Assembly: GCA_051294905.1 (NCBI GenBank)
Contig: CM119373.1
Span: 2,792,001-2,856,000 of the forward strand
Reading direction: 5' to 3'
Length of the DNA: 64,000 nucleotides
Origin: Botryllus schlosseri
Lineage: Eukaryota
Shown here: positions 27,121-39,247 of the stretch, one piece after another
Numbering within the stretch: the stretch's first letter is position 1
Layout of the letters: each line of letters opens with the position of its first letter
Notes under the pieces: model-generated
What the model saw: the letters and a program-made list of their open reading frames with translations, nothing else
Told to the model about the DNA's origin: nothing
Databases searched by the model: none
Made by a program: the position numbers and the translations under genes

Positions 27121-27160
27121 TTCGCTAAAAGCTTTTCGACTAACTCTCATCAGTAGCGAA
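27121..27160 (-). ncRNA. Minimal type I hammerhead ribozyme (mirror copy)
   Basis: Exact reverse complement of 27773-27812. Confidence 0.75.
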
Positions 27161-27772
27161 CGTTAGTGATGGGGTGAATCAAATTCGAAATGTAAGAACT
27201 ATTTTGTCTGTATGACGTAATAATAACAAAAACAAACAACTAGAAGACGGGCTAGATACGGTAGTAACGGTACAAAACAAACGTTAACGAGTACATATTC
27301 GGTTATAAATAACCGAAAACACAACACATAACATTAATGAAATATTCCAAGAGTGTAGAGGCGTTCCTTCTGGCGACAGAGAATCGGCTTTCGTAGCTTT
27401 ATGATCGTAGATTCCAGGACCTTTAAATGAAACAGAGAACGGCCACGAGCAAGTATAGAAAATTGACTGTCATTGTAATGATCAGCACATTCTGGATGGG
27501 ATAAGAGATGCTGTCCTGGAATCTACGATCATAAAGCTACGAAAGCCGATTCTCTGTCGCCAGAAGGAACGCCTCTGCACTCTTGGAATATTTCATTAAT
27601 GTTATGTGTTGTGTTTTCGGTTATTTATAACCGAATATGTACTCGTTAACGTTTGTTTTGTACCGTTACTACCGTATCTAGCCCGTCTTCTAGTTGTTTG
27701 TTTTTGTTATTATTACGTCATACAGACAAAATAGTTCTTACATTTCGAATTTGATTCACCCCATCACTAACG

Positions 27773-27812
27773 TTCGCTACTGATGAGAGTTAGTCGAAAA
27801 GCTTTTAGCGAA
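27773..27812 (+). ncRNA. Minimal type I hammerhead ribozyme
   Basis: The sequence parses as TTCGCTA-CTGATGA-GA(GTTAG)TC-GAAA-AGCT-TT-TAGCGAA. That gives a 7-bp helix I, an intact CUGAUGA/GAAA core, a 2-bp helix II and a palindromic AAGCTT helix III region. AATAAA follows immediately. Confidence 0.75.
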
Positions 27813-28033
27813 TAAATTAACAATATGAAGTTATTGTTTCGCGTTATTCTGAAGTTCTGTACCACAAATCACTTGTTCAAATAAATCCATTGAAAATACT
27901 CTAGAATTTATGTTGGTTTTACTGAATACTTTTTATCCCCCTTCGAGCTCTCTCCCCACCCTATTGGGGAATCTACTAGGGTGCGGCAGTTACGGACCTG
28001 GCATCAATGCAAATCTTTGGCTGCGACAAACTA

Positions 28034-28606
28034 TAGATAACTAACCTACGGATAAATACGCAACACCCGTCGTCACGCTTGCTTGCCCGGAGGAAATTAC
28101 TGCTCAGCAATCTGAACGCAGCAGAATTGCAAATCCCATAGCTGACGACCCGCGTGCTTAAATTCAATAAAGTTGATATTTTTTGAAAGATACTGTTGCG
28201 CTGATTCCTAAAATATACAATAAAATCTAATCAGGGCATTGGGACCCCCTTGAAATACACCTCAAATTCTGAAAATCGGCATTGTTCTGAACAATCGCAA
28301 CCACGCACGGGCCATTGTTATGGTCATTGTGATGCGTCGCTGCGATTGTTTGGAACAATGCCGATTTTCAGACTTTGAGGTGTATTCCAAGGGGGTTCCA
28401 TTGCCCAGATTTGATTTTATTGTATATTTTCGGAATCAGTGCAACAGTAGCTTGCAAATAAGGTCAACTTTATTGAATTTAAGCGCGCGGTTCGTCAGCT
28501 ATGGGATTAGCAATTATGCTGCGTTTAGATTGCTGAGCAGTAATTTCCTCCGGGCAAGCAAGCGTGGCGACGGGTGTTGCGTATCTATCCGTAGGTTAGT
28601 TATCTA
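28034..28606. mobile_element. Fold-back MITE (long imperfect inverted repeat)
   Basis: TAGATAACTAACCTACGGATA...TATCCGTAGGTTAGTTATCTA, with ~270-bp arms and TA at both ends. It is absent from the homologous sequence at ~10550. Confidence 0.85.
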
Positions 28607-31600
28607 GAGACAAACCGTCCTCTATAAAAATGGCAATGGGTACATCATGACGTAACAAGCAAATGACGCATCATTTTTAAAGAAAGTTGTTATCTCATTA
28701 GGTCTTTTCAGCGCAATCCTTATATTGTCCCCAATATATCTTCTAATATTAGTTCTAAGAAGCAAATAAATGTAATCGTGAGTAATCGTGATTACTTTTC
28801 CAATGTAATCGTAATCATAATCGACTAGTTCCTGATTTTGCTGTAATCGTAATCGTAATCGTAATCGCGTTATTCAGAAGTAATCGTAATCGCAATCGAT
28901 TACATTCATGAAGTAATCACCCCATGTCTGGTTACTACACACAATAGAATCAATCAATGAAATATCGCCCATTGTTGTAAACATTTCCAACTTTTCAACC
29001 GCTTGCAGATAACACGATCGAGTTGCAATGCGATGAGTTGAATCGGAATATTTCCAACCTACTTTGTCATATCGCGATTTGAAGTAGGATTGCCAGATAG
29101 GCTGGGTAAACTTTCACTCCACTGCGTTTCAGATTAATTTATTCACACGATCACCATCTCGCTGTCTTCACACTTACACAATCGCATACTGTTCCCACTC
29201 GCAACTTCGGTACGATATTTCAACTTGTCACAATAACTGATTATTCACATGTTGATTTGAAACAAAAGAAGTCTTGAACAAGTTATCTTGGTATTTTTTG
29301 TTGCAATCGAGTGTACGGAAATAGTATTACGTCTCAACATTTTAACATCTTCCCATACACAAAAGAGTAAAATACAAAAAAGCCTTGTCAAGTCAATCCG
29401 TTTGTAACTTACCCAACCAAAGCAAAAAGTATCCTTATGAAAAGTAGACAAGACTACGCGAGTAATCACCACAATCCAAAATCCATAGCAAGTTCGGTCA
29501 TAGTCATATACCACCAAATCGTCTTTTTATTTGTTCAACTGTAAAAGTCGTTACTATTCTGTAAGATAAAGTAATTAATACTCGGTATATTTTATAAACC
29601 AAAGTAAATACTACTCGGTGTGTGGTTTGAGATTAACATATTACATTTGAGTATACCGGATTTGAATGTCTGACCAACGTAGTTGAGAATTCATTTCTTA
29701 CAATCAAACGCCGGTGTTACATTGAATGGTATCATACTGTAAACATAAGGATTGACACATTGATTTGATATATGAGATTTTGTAATGTTCGACCACGATT
29801 TGATTATTAAATTATTCACGATAATTAGACCCGATGTTGTGGTAAAGGTTATTAGAAAATATCACTTTTGGCATCGAGTACCAGTCGAAGTGGGTGAACA
29901 ATACTTAATCCTTTCAGTGACTCGCTGTTGTACGTGCTAAATGTAAAACATTACGAGGTTAAACTCTAAGACTTTGATCAGCACAAGAGCAATTTGGAAT
30001 ATCTTTACTGGCTGCAACCTATTCTACTAGACAAAACTCGCAGCATTAATAAAATCAAAATATGTGCTACACTGAAATCTACAAAATGGGTTTGTATTGT
30101 TGCTAGTAGTGATCATGCATTATCATTTGAATCTTCTAAAGTAATTGTAATGATAAAAACAAACTACTCGAAGTCATTACCAACACAAAAAACGATTTCT
30201 ATGATATTCGTCAAACGCATCATACCTCAGTATGCAGAAATTATTTGTAGAGTGCATACCAACAAAGAAATCAGGAACACAACCAACACCGAAAATGATA
30301 AATGCGTTTCGTGCTATTATTGATACAAGTTCATTTCTATCAGGTGAAATAAACGCGATCAAAAAACTCAGAGCATGCAAAGGTCTTGATTGATATGAAT
30401 TTCGATTTGTGTCTTATGATACCAGCAAGCATTTTAGAAATATTATGATTCGTTAAACCAAAGTCGTATGTCCGATTATTAATTGATTGGAAACTTGATC
30501 ACGTACCTCGATCATTACAGAAGATTATAACACCATTGTCCGACAATCTTTTACAAAAGGATCGAAACCAAGTAACCCAAAGTCGTTGCCGTCGCATAAA
30601 CAATTTGTACGACGTTTGATAAATGTACCCTATACTTTGGTGTACTAGAAATATTTGTAAAACACACTCTGGTAAAGAAATCGAAAAGATATCCTACACC
30701 TAAATCCGATAAAACCATTTTGCACTTTTTGTTCGTCAGTAGTATCCATTTGAATTTTTCCATTTCCTCTCGTCAAAGTAGATGTAATCATAGTCGCTAA
30801 AGAACTTACTTGGATGTGTTTGAATTCTAGACATAGTTATGATTTACTCAACGCAAGACCCAAGAACAACCGTAGTTTACAACCGTGCACACATATCCAA
30901 AATATCGCACACTCCGCTATTTTTAAAGTACAAACACCCGATACAAAATATTACTTGTTGTGTTGTTGCGGCATCATTTTAACAATATCACCATTTTGTT
31001 TGTGTCAATTAGTTACTTTGTATGTTACCCCACAACTCTTACAAAAGTACGAAGGATATTAACATCGCACTAAGTAATGAACTTTACTCGATATTCTCGC
31101 ATTACGAAACTAAAGAATGGTTGGTTAGACTCTACAAACTGTTTCGATATCACAAGACCTTTATTGTCTGAATGGGTGTTCATGTATCTTAATAATCAAA
31201 TAGTTCAACACAGAACTAGTACTAACAGAAACATCAGAGTTGTTTACACAAAAGTTTGTATATGTGCACAGTATGCGAATACCATGTATAAGTCCAGCAC
31301 AATTGCGGTATCCATCTGAATTTAGTTAACACAAATTTATTACAACGGAGTCACGTAAACTTTCGTGAAAGAAAAGCATACTCACTCCTAGAGGGTTATG
31401 TCAATGCCATAGCAGTTCCCCAACAACAAAGTACATATGTTTTCTAGTCACGGTCCTTACATCTTTCACATAGATCAATCTACTTTGCTAACGAAAAGTG
31501 CTGAGTCATCACATGATCGCTCTCACAACAAAACAGCTAGTAGATATTATCATTCAAAATATTCCTAACCCTTTACACACCAGTAACAAATCATACAACG

Positions 31601-32224
31601 AATATGGTTTGTGGGTCGAATTGCTGTTCAGTGTCAAGTCTACCTGTTGAAACGTACATTAAAACAACACAGTCACAATCAAATTAAAACCACGAATCTA
31701 TTTTCATTTCCTCGCAAACTGTCACATACAGAAAAATAAATTTAATTTCCCAAAACATACTTGTAACCAATCGCTTTCATTAAACACACAACACCATAAT
31801 AGTATTTACTTTCTACAACATAGACATTCCGGTGTAGTCAAGAAATATTTTTAATAATCAAAATCATCGACTTCTGGTTACGGTGTTAGTGTGTGCATGT
31901 CATACATGTGGGCCCGTATTAAAATGGACACGACACGACTGACTGTAAGGAGATAGAAGTCTATCGCATAGATTTACATGTGGTCTTCGCTACGGTTTCA
32001 AAAAACGAATCATCTATTTTGCATTGATCTAGCTAGACCGAGCAAGTTAGTTAATGGCCATGATTGTGTTTGTCATATGCAGATGATAGGGTTACTGTCA
32101 AATCTACATACAACAATCTTCTGACGATCATAATAGCAATTTCATTTTCCGCCCCTTCATAATTGTACAACTCGGTAACTACGTTTAACAAGACCAATCA
32201 CACTACCAGCGTTGAACACAAGAT

Positions 32225-32750
32225 ACCTACCCAAGTAAAAATATCATTCTGGTTTGGACAACTGACGTTTACCTGTGTAAAATTATCATTTTCACTTGGA
32301 GGTCCACCGTTACCTAACTAAAATACCATTGTCCTTTGGAGATTTATCGTTTACCCAGTGTAAGAATCCCCTTTTCACTTGGAAATATATTTTTGGCCCG
32401 GATAACAAACCCCTTTTCACTTGGAAATCTATTTTTTCTCTTGGTAACAAACCTTTTTCACTTGGAAATATATTTTTTCTCTGGGTAACAAACCTTTTTC
32501 ACTTGGAAATATATTTTTTCTCTGGGTAACAAACCTTTTTCACTTGGAAATATATTTTTTCTCTGGGTAACAAACCTTTTTCACTTGGAAATATATTTTT
32601 TCCCTGAGCAACAAACCATTTTCACTTGGTGGGTCGTCGTTTACCTTAGTAAAAATATCATTTTCCTTTGGAGATCCGGCGTTTACCAGTGTAACAATAC
32701 ATTTTCTCTTGGTCATCTAGCTTTTCCTAGAGTAACAAAACCATTTTCAT
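32225..32750 (+). repeat. 41-bp minisatellite, about 12 units
   Basis: CACTTGG recurs at 32418, 32459, 32500, 32541, 32582 and 32623. The core unit is AACCTTTTTCACTTGGAAATATATTTTTTCTCTGGGTAACA; outer units are degenerate. Confidence 0.9.
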
Positions 32751-35700
32751 TTTTAAATCTGACAAACACACCTGACAATTTGGTATTTGTTGTATTGACG
32801 ATACCTTGAAATATATTACAACGAACAGTGACGGAAACATACACGGACTACCGGTTTCATAGTATACCCACATCAGTCGTATCACATCAATATCATTGGT
32901 TAACCACATACAATATGCTCTTGTACACCGAAATGCATGTTTTGGAAAATTGGACAATATAGGCTTCGATAGTTCTGTGATGTCCGGGTTCGTGCTTTGG
33001 ATTTTCCAGAGTCAAAATGTCTGAATAAAACACCTCCTCGACGATGGTTGGTATGTGGATAACGGTGTTCGGAAAACGGTTGGATTTATGTCACCCATCG
33101 CGATAACAACTCCAGGTCGAGTTTCCCACCGCATGTTTACTATATTGTGTCTTTATTGGTCAATGTATGTCTCGTCATTCAGTTTGAAATCGGAATCCCT
33201 GATAAAGTATGTAACCGGATCCGGATATCAATTCTGAATCGATAAACCAATGAGCAATATTCAAAGTAAACATGTTGCACACTGTGTTTCCACGACAAAA
33301 TACCATCCAGACATACGTCGCGCTTGTTTACCCACAACAGTATACGCGTAAATGGAGGTGTGTGACATTGCATGCAATGTGTTGGTATACAAACATCGGG
33401 GAGTAAGCCTTCGATCCACAGACATTATCATAGCCGGTAGTTTTGATGTAGATCGAATGTCATCAAGCACACCCGATAACAATGTCATACCAATAAGCCA
33501 CATTACAACTTCGGGGGGGGGGGGGGGGGGCGGGACTGAATACATAAGATGTTGAGGCGCATTTGAAACAAATCTGCGACTCGGGGAATGTCAACAGTAC
33601 AGAGTAAATTATGCTCACTTTCCCATACTGGAGGAGAGAAAACCCAGTACCAACATTATATTTGTAACTGTGATACGAAATTTAATTACTGAATATTCTC
33701 ACGCTTTTCCGGCATTCCTTCTATACAAAATAAATTCTGACTATTCAGTACTCCATTTCATGTGGACACAAATACCATTGTCTGAAAATTTCAAATCGGA
33801 CTTTTTGAAATGCGGTGCAGTTGGATGGAATGACAAGTTTCATACAAAGAGCATATCGATGCATGACTTTGACAAAGAGTACGTTCTTGAAATTGATCTT
33901 TATCCCAGCTTATCAAACGATGCAAAAGACATCGCATCGATTTTTGGTAGAACGTACGCATGTGAGCAATAGTTTTGAACAATGAAATTCACGAATAGAA
34001 AGCAAAGATCACGTATCTCGGACGCCCATTTAGAATATGGTCTGATTCTTGCTTCATCTGACTGCTACCAGAAGTTGAAAACTTTTCACAAAGCAAGCTG
34101 CGTCAATTGTCATATTTATTCTGCGTTGTTGAAGTGTAAATAATTGTGTTTTATGATTGGTATGATTGGGATTGCAGCAATGTAGGATAATATACCGAAG
34201 TGAGCGGAAAATATAGTATTAAGAAAAATTCCGGCCCGCCAGAAAGTTGCACACTCGAAATTTGGCCCGTGACTAGCAAAAGGTTGCCGACCCCTGCTCT
34301 ACGTATTGCAATTGACATCAATTCTCTAAATACTGCAAGGGTTACCAACTGCCACTACACTACAACTCTAGTATAGTATACTATCCACACCTAACTTAAT
34401 GCTGCAATAAATATCATGCTGTCGATCTATAGTTATAATGCTATAAGCCAACAGTTATAATGCTACCATGCCATCCAACCGGAAAATCAACCTATGGCTT
34501 GATACCAAGTCACTCTTAGATACAGGAGTTGTCAACAGAACCGTTACAGCATTTCGCAAGGACCCCCCAAAACGTTCGTTATGTTTTCCTTGCGGGTAGG
34601 CATTTGTCTTGCGGGGTTCAGATTGCCATGACATAAATATTAGAGGCGCCAGCCATTTAGACGCCTATGGACAATTAAACATATGGGCCTATGTAGATAT
34701 ATCGAAGTTTTCGGTCAGCATAAGGGCAGTCATTTTCGGCTCAGGTTTTGTTGCCGATCGTTGTGGCACACTTCTTGGAGTCGCATGTTACGTGGCCTAA
34801 AACTGTGTATATCTTAGTGCGTCGTGTGCGGTAATGGCCGACGCCTAAATGCCCATTTCTATAAACCATGCATATTTCTTCTTTCTGGAGGGAGAGTACC
34901 CAATAACCCAGATATTTGGCAACATTAAATCGCGCGTAGCTCGACAAATTTCTTTAAATATTGCATATTTTGCCAAAAAAACTCTATAATTTGTGTTAAT
35001 TTACGAAATAAGTTTGGGCCCCCATCGAGCTCCCCCCCCCAATTGGGGGTTTGGGGTGTGGCAGTTACTGGCCTGGTTGTCAGTACAATTTCGAATTAAT
35101 TCCGTATGGTGTTGGCTACACAACCAGGTTGCGGGTATATACTATATGTGCCTACACGTTTCCAGCTAGGGTTGCACTTAAAACATAAATCATGTTAAAC
35201 TAAACATGTTTAAAACATTACGCTTCTTTAATACATATTTTGCAATGTTTTTTTTTTGTTTGTTTAATTTTAGCCATGACGACGCACCAAATATTTGATT
35301 GTGACGTCACAGCGGATAAAATTTGATAATTGATCAAAATATAGGGTAAATATGGCTCCTTTGACGAAAAAAGGCTCCCGACCCCTGTCATAAACAGACC
35401 AAAAATATCTTTTCACTGTAAATTCCAAGCGTTATGCTTGAACACGAAATGCCTTTTTCCCGATTATTTAGTTGGGTAATATTGAAGTAAACACCGTTCC
35501 AGCAAGAGAGCGAGGTGTGTTTTCGCGTGAGTGGCATAACTCGTGCTCATTCCTCATTCTCCTCTTATCTCCTAATATAAACTCTCAAACGAAATGCGGT
35601 ATCTCGCGGTCGATGGTGTGTCTGGCGCGGGAATTCAGAGAGCGTGGATCGCATTTTGTCACATTTTCCTCGAGCGTCGAATTGCAAGCTGGTTCGTGAT

Positions 35701-36194
35701 GGATTCCGAATTGGCTCAATATTTGTTAGGGAACGGTTTAGAGCAGAGACACGTCTACTTATTGAAAGGTAAGTGTTGAGAATATCCATCACGCACATCA
35801 GTAAGCTATTAGATATGTTCTCTTTATTAACGGTATGCCATGGTGTCTTCCATTTCAACGGCTCGACTGTTATTTGTTAACGTGCAGCAACGCGTTTTGG
35901 TTCATTGTAAAGCTCACAGATGCAGATATAGTGTTGCTGTTCTTGAATTTTGCGTCGTACTATGGTAACAGTGCAACTCGTGGTACCGTACCGCTATTTG
36001 TAGCAATCGGCAGAGTGTAAAATTGTACAGTAAAACCTGGTGCAAGTTCCTTGCAAAAACAGTACGGTATGTAATATGGTATCAAAATCGTTTACATTAG
36101 AAGTTGAAATCATGAATAAATTTCCAATATTGATTTTACCCCTTCTATTGACACAGCTTTATTGCTATTTTGTTAATGTAACTTCAGTAGGATA

Positions 36195-37760
36195 ATGTCT
36201 GAACCACGGATTGCTTGCTGGTATGCCCATTTTTCTGTTCTGATCAGGATACTCTAACAAAGCACTTGTTGCATCGTCACAAGGATAATGGCGATTTCAT
36301 AATATCATGCAGAATCTGCCATTTGCGTTTTTCCAACTTCAAGGGGCTAAGGAATCACGTTGTCAGGCAACATAAAAGTATGTAACTGGCAGGCCCACCG
36401 AGTCCTTCTGGAACTTGTAGCGAAATTGACTCTTATATTGATGTAGAGCCCGCGTCGACAGAAGTAGTTCAGCCACGCCCTATCGAATCGGGTACTCTGG
36501 GTCAAGCAGCTTTACTGTTGCGACTAAAAACTATTCATAAACTGAGTGATTCAGGGCTTACTGATATCTTGTCATCTAATGTCAATCTGCTGAATAGCAT
36601 TTCTGCGGATAATTGCTGTGCTTGTTGCAAACAAAGGAAGCAAGAAAAACTTTTTATAAGGAACATTTTGGTCTTATTGAACCTGAAAGTGTCGAATTCG
36701 GGACACGCTTTGAGAATATTAAAACTCGCCAACTCGGGATGGTTATATGCTCCAGAAAGCTTCTGCATACGGCTACTTTGTACCTTTTATGCGGCAGTTA
36801 GAAGCACTATTGAACGCCACTGCTGAATCTCTCATTTCAAAGCCGGATCCGTTTCATGAATTTCATACCATGACAGACTGCTTACATGGAGATTATCTCA
36901 AAAGTCATCCTGGGATAATTAGTCACCCTGACTGCCTGCTATTCTCCCTTTATTTTGATGAATTTGAAATAGTTAATCCAATTGGATCCCACCGTAAAAA
37001 ACACAAAATATCGGCATATTACTGGTCGCTTTTAAACATCCCGGCAAAATGTAGAAGCAAAACGGATAGCATACAGTTGTTGTGTCTTGCCAAATCTGTT
37101 GATCTTAAAATGTTTTCTGGGTATAATATTCTGTTAGCAAACTTTGTGGCGGCGATGAACAGCCTAGCAGAAGGCGTCACCTTTACTGTTAATGGAGTGA
37201 AGAAAATTGTGCATGGATATTTGCTCTTTTGTATTGGTGATACACCTGCTGCTCAGCAGCTTGCGGGGTTTAAAGAAGGTGTAGGTGGTGCAGATAAACC
37301 TTGCCGTAATAACAGTGGTGTAAAAAAATCGGACTTTTTGAAGCCAGTAAATGCATTGAAGAACGAATCGTATGTTCTTGCCGGTACGCTCCCAGAACTT
37401 TCCGCCTATTCAACACTTTCTTCATCTGAAAATGTTGCTACATCCACGCAAGCTATATGCAATAACATTTGTTATAATACGAATGATTTTCTCGTGATGA
37501 AATTCTCGGATTTCAGCTACCCGCAGTTCATTTGCGTTATTACCTTTGTACATGCATCAGGGCCCATATTTTGCATGTACCGTCGCCTAAATGTTCTATA
37601 TTTTGAGTCCAAATTCAATGCATTTGCCGTACAAAGTAGTGATGTTGTTGAGTTCTGTAAAGTTTCCGACTTCAACTATCCGTGGCCACAAATTAGTCAC
37701 AAAATTGGTGACATCCAGTATATTATAACCAAGTGTGTTGATCAGGTGTGGTGTCTTTAA
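36195..37760 (+). pseudogene. EnSpm/CACTA-type transposase with N-terminal C2H2 fingers; frameshifted and internally deleted
   Basis: Finger pair C..CPF...LTKHLLHRH / SCRICH...LRNHVVRQH, then FYKEHFGLIEP, YFVPFMRQLEALL, LYFDEFEIVNPIGSHRKKHK..YWSLLNIP..RS and IGDTPAAQQLAGFKE..PCR. These match recalled animal EnSpm transposase motifs. A 337-aa stretch (36747-37760) is open. Confidence 0.8.
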
Positions 37761-38879
37761 AGGCTGTCGTGCTGAAGCTAGTAGAGTCTTTGTTCAACAT
37801 GTCATACACTTGGAAGTGAAAAGTAAATTTGTATTTTTTTTTTCTTCAGAAAATGAAGTATCTAGCAGGACTTTCGGCATGCTGGCTGATGAGGATTTCA
37901 TTGAAATGGATTTTAAAGTCGGCATGCGCCGCCTTTTGATTGTCCTGAGAGATGTGAGTATATTGTTTCCATATTCGTGAGCTATGAATTTCCCATCGTG
38001 GAATGGGAGCTATCATCATCATATAATCTTGTCTTGCAGAAGTGGAGGTCGGTCAAACACAGCGAGACCAATTTAGCGCCGCATGTACCTGCTCAGAATA
38101 ATGGTTTCGAACATCCAGGGACATCTACTCCTGATGTGCGTAGAACTTATTAAAGGCAATATTTCATGCACCGTTACATAGAACTATATTTTACAGAAAA
38201 TTCAACTCACGAAGATGCAAGTAGAATATAATACGAAGGACTCACCTGCATCAAATACTGACGTTTTGGTATGAACAATTATATAACTATAATCTACCGA
38301 TACGCACAAATTCAGTAATATCACATTTCAGGGCAGGGATGTTCTAGCGATTTCAGAAGATAGTGAGCTGGAAATTTCTGCAATTCCGGACGATAGCGAG
38401 ATGGAAATTTCTCCAATTCCAGACGATAGTGAGCTGGAAATTGCTCAAATTCCAGACAATAGTGGGCTGGGAATTGCTCCAGCCAAAAAGAGATTCACAT
38501 TACCAAAATTCAGTGCCCGTGTTACATCCGCATTGCAACAAGGAAAGGCTGGTCATTTACTAAATTCTGTGGTGGAGGAATGCGCATACCACATCCGAGC
38601 ACACGGTGATATGACATCCAAAGGAGAATATACTGAATTCTCCTGGAATCTTTGCGAAAAGTATACATGCCTTGCCTGCAATATGATGGGGCTGGGCGCC
38701 ATCCCTGGGTAAGTGTTCATTGCCAGTTGTTTGACCTGGCCTATATCCTTTCAACGGCTTTCTCAATTACAGACATTTTTCTCAAAGAAACTCTCCCAAA
38801 AGATGAGAAACATTCGTCTCAAGAACAAGAAGAAAACAGCCGTCGTCAATTTCTGTTCAATCGATGGTAGCATCTAATA

Positions 38880-39247
38880 CAGTGGTTCCCAACCTTTTTC
38901 GACCAATCGCCCCCTTTTCAAGGTCAACACCGATCATCGCCCCCCAAATTTTGTGCATCGATAATTGGGCATACAGACTGTAATCACCGGCGGGTTGACT
39001 AAAAAAAAAGCTGAAAATAACGTTTTTCGCTTCGCATTGCTAGGTGTATGACTAAAAAAAAAAAAAAAAAAAAAAGGTCAGCCAATTTTACGCGTCATCG
39101 CCCCCCTATCGCCCCCTTCGCTATTTTCGCCCCCCGTCGCCCCCTTTGTCCATTTTCGCCCCCCTGTCGCCCCCTTCGTCATTTTCGCCCCCCTAGAACG
39201 CCAAATCGCCCCCTAGGGGGCGATATCGCCCACGTTGGGAACCACTG
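38880..39247. mobile_element. hAT-type MITE with TCGCCCCC repeats, in intron 6 of the SAM gene
   Basis: TIRs CAGTGGTTCCCAAC/GTTGGGAACCACTG and 8-bp TSD ATCTAATA. Confidence 0.9.

Larger units (their letters stand above)
27086..27878 (-). mobile_element. 5'-truncated Penelope-like retroelement with an inverted copy of its 3' end
   Basis: Minus strand 27516-27334 reads GQHLLSHPECADHYNDSQFSILARGRSLFHLKVLESTIIKLRKPILCRQKERLYTLGIFH*, matching the recalled C-terminus of Penelope GIY-YIG endonucleases. The inverted arms are 27086-27420 and 27513-27847. The 13-bp TSD is AAATAAATCCATT (27073-27085 and 27879-27891). Confidence 0.85.
25531..28930. mobile_element. Large non-autonomous hAT-type element with (GTAATC)n subterminal repeats and nested insertions
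   Basis: TIRs CAGACATGGGGT/ACCCCATGTCTG and a perfect 8-bp TSD GTTACTAC. Confidence 0.9.
23764..34140. mobile_element. Putative decayed Polinton/Maverick or other endogenous DNA-virus-like tract (one end only)
   Basis: It starts AGTAGT, followed by ~500 bp of GC-richer tandem repeats and then unique sequence with closely packed, stop-interrupted reading frames (TAAATG/TAATG junctions at ~24738 and ~31075). No hallmark gene was recognised. The right boundary is uncertain. Confidence 0.4.

Noticed and set aside
33512..33534. Poly-G run as a G-quadruplex or poly-Pro/Gly coding signal
   Set aside because: It is a simple homopolymer expansion in decayed sequence, and its length is unreliable.
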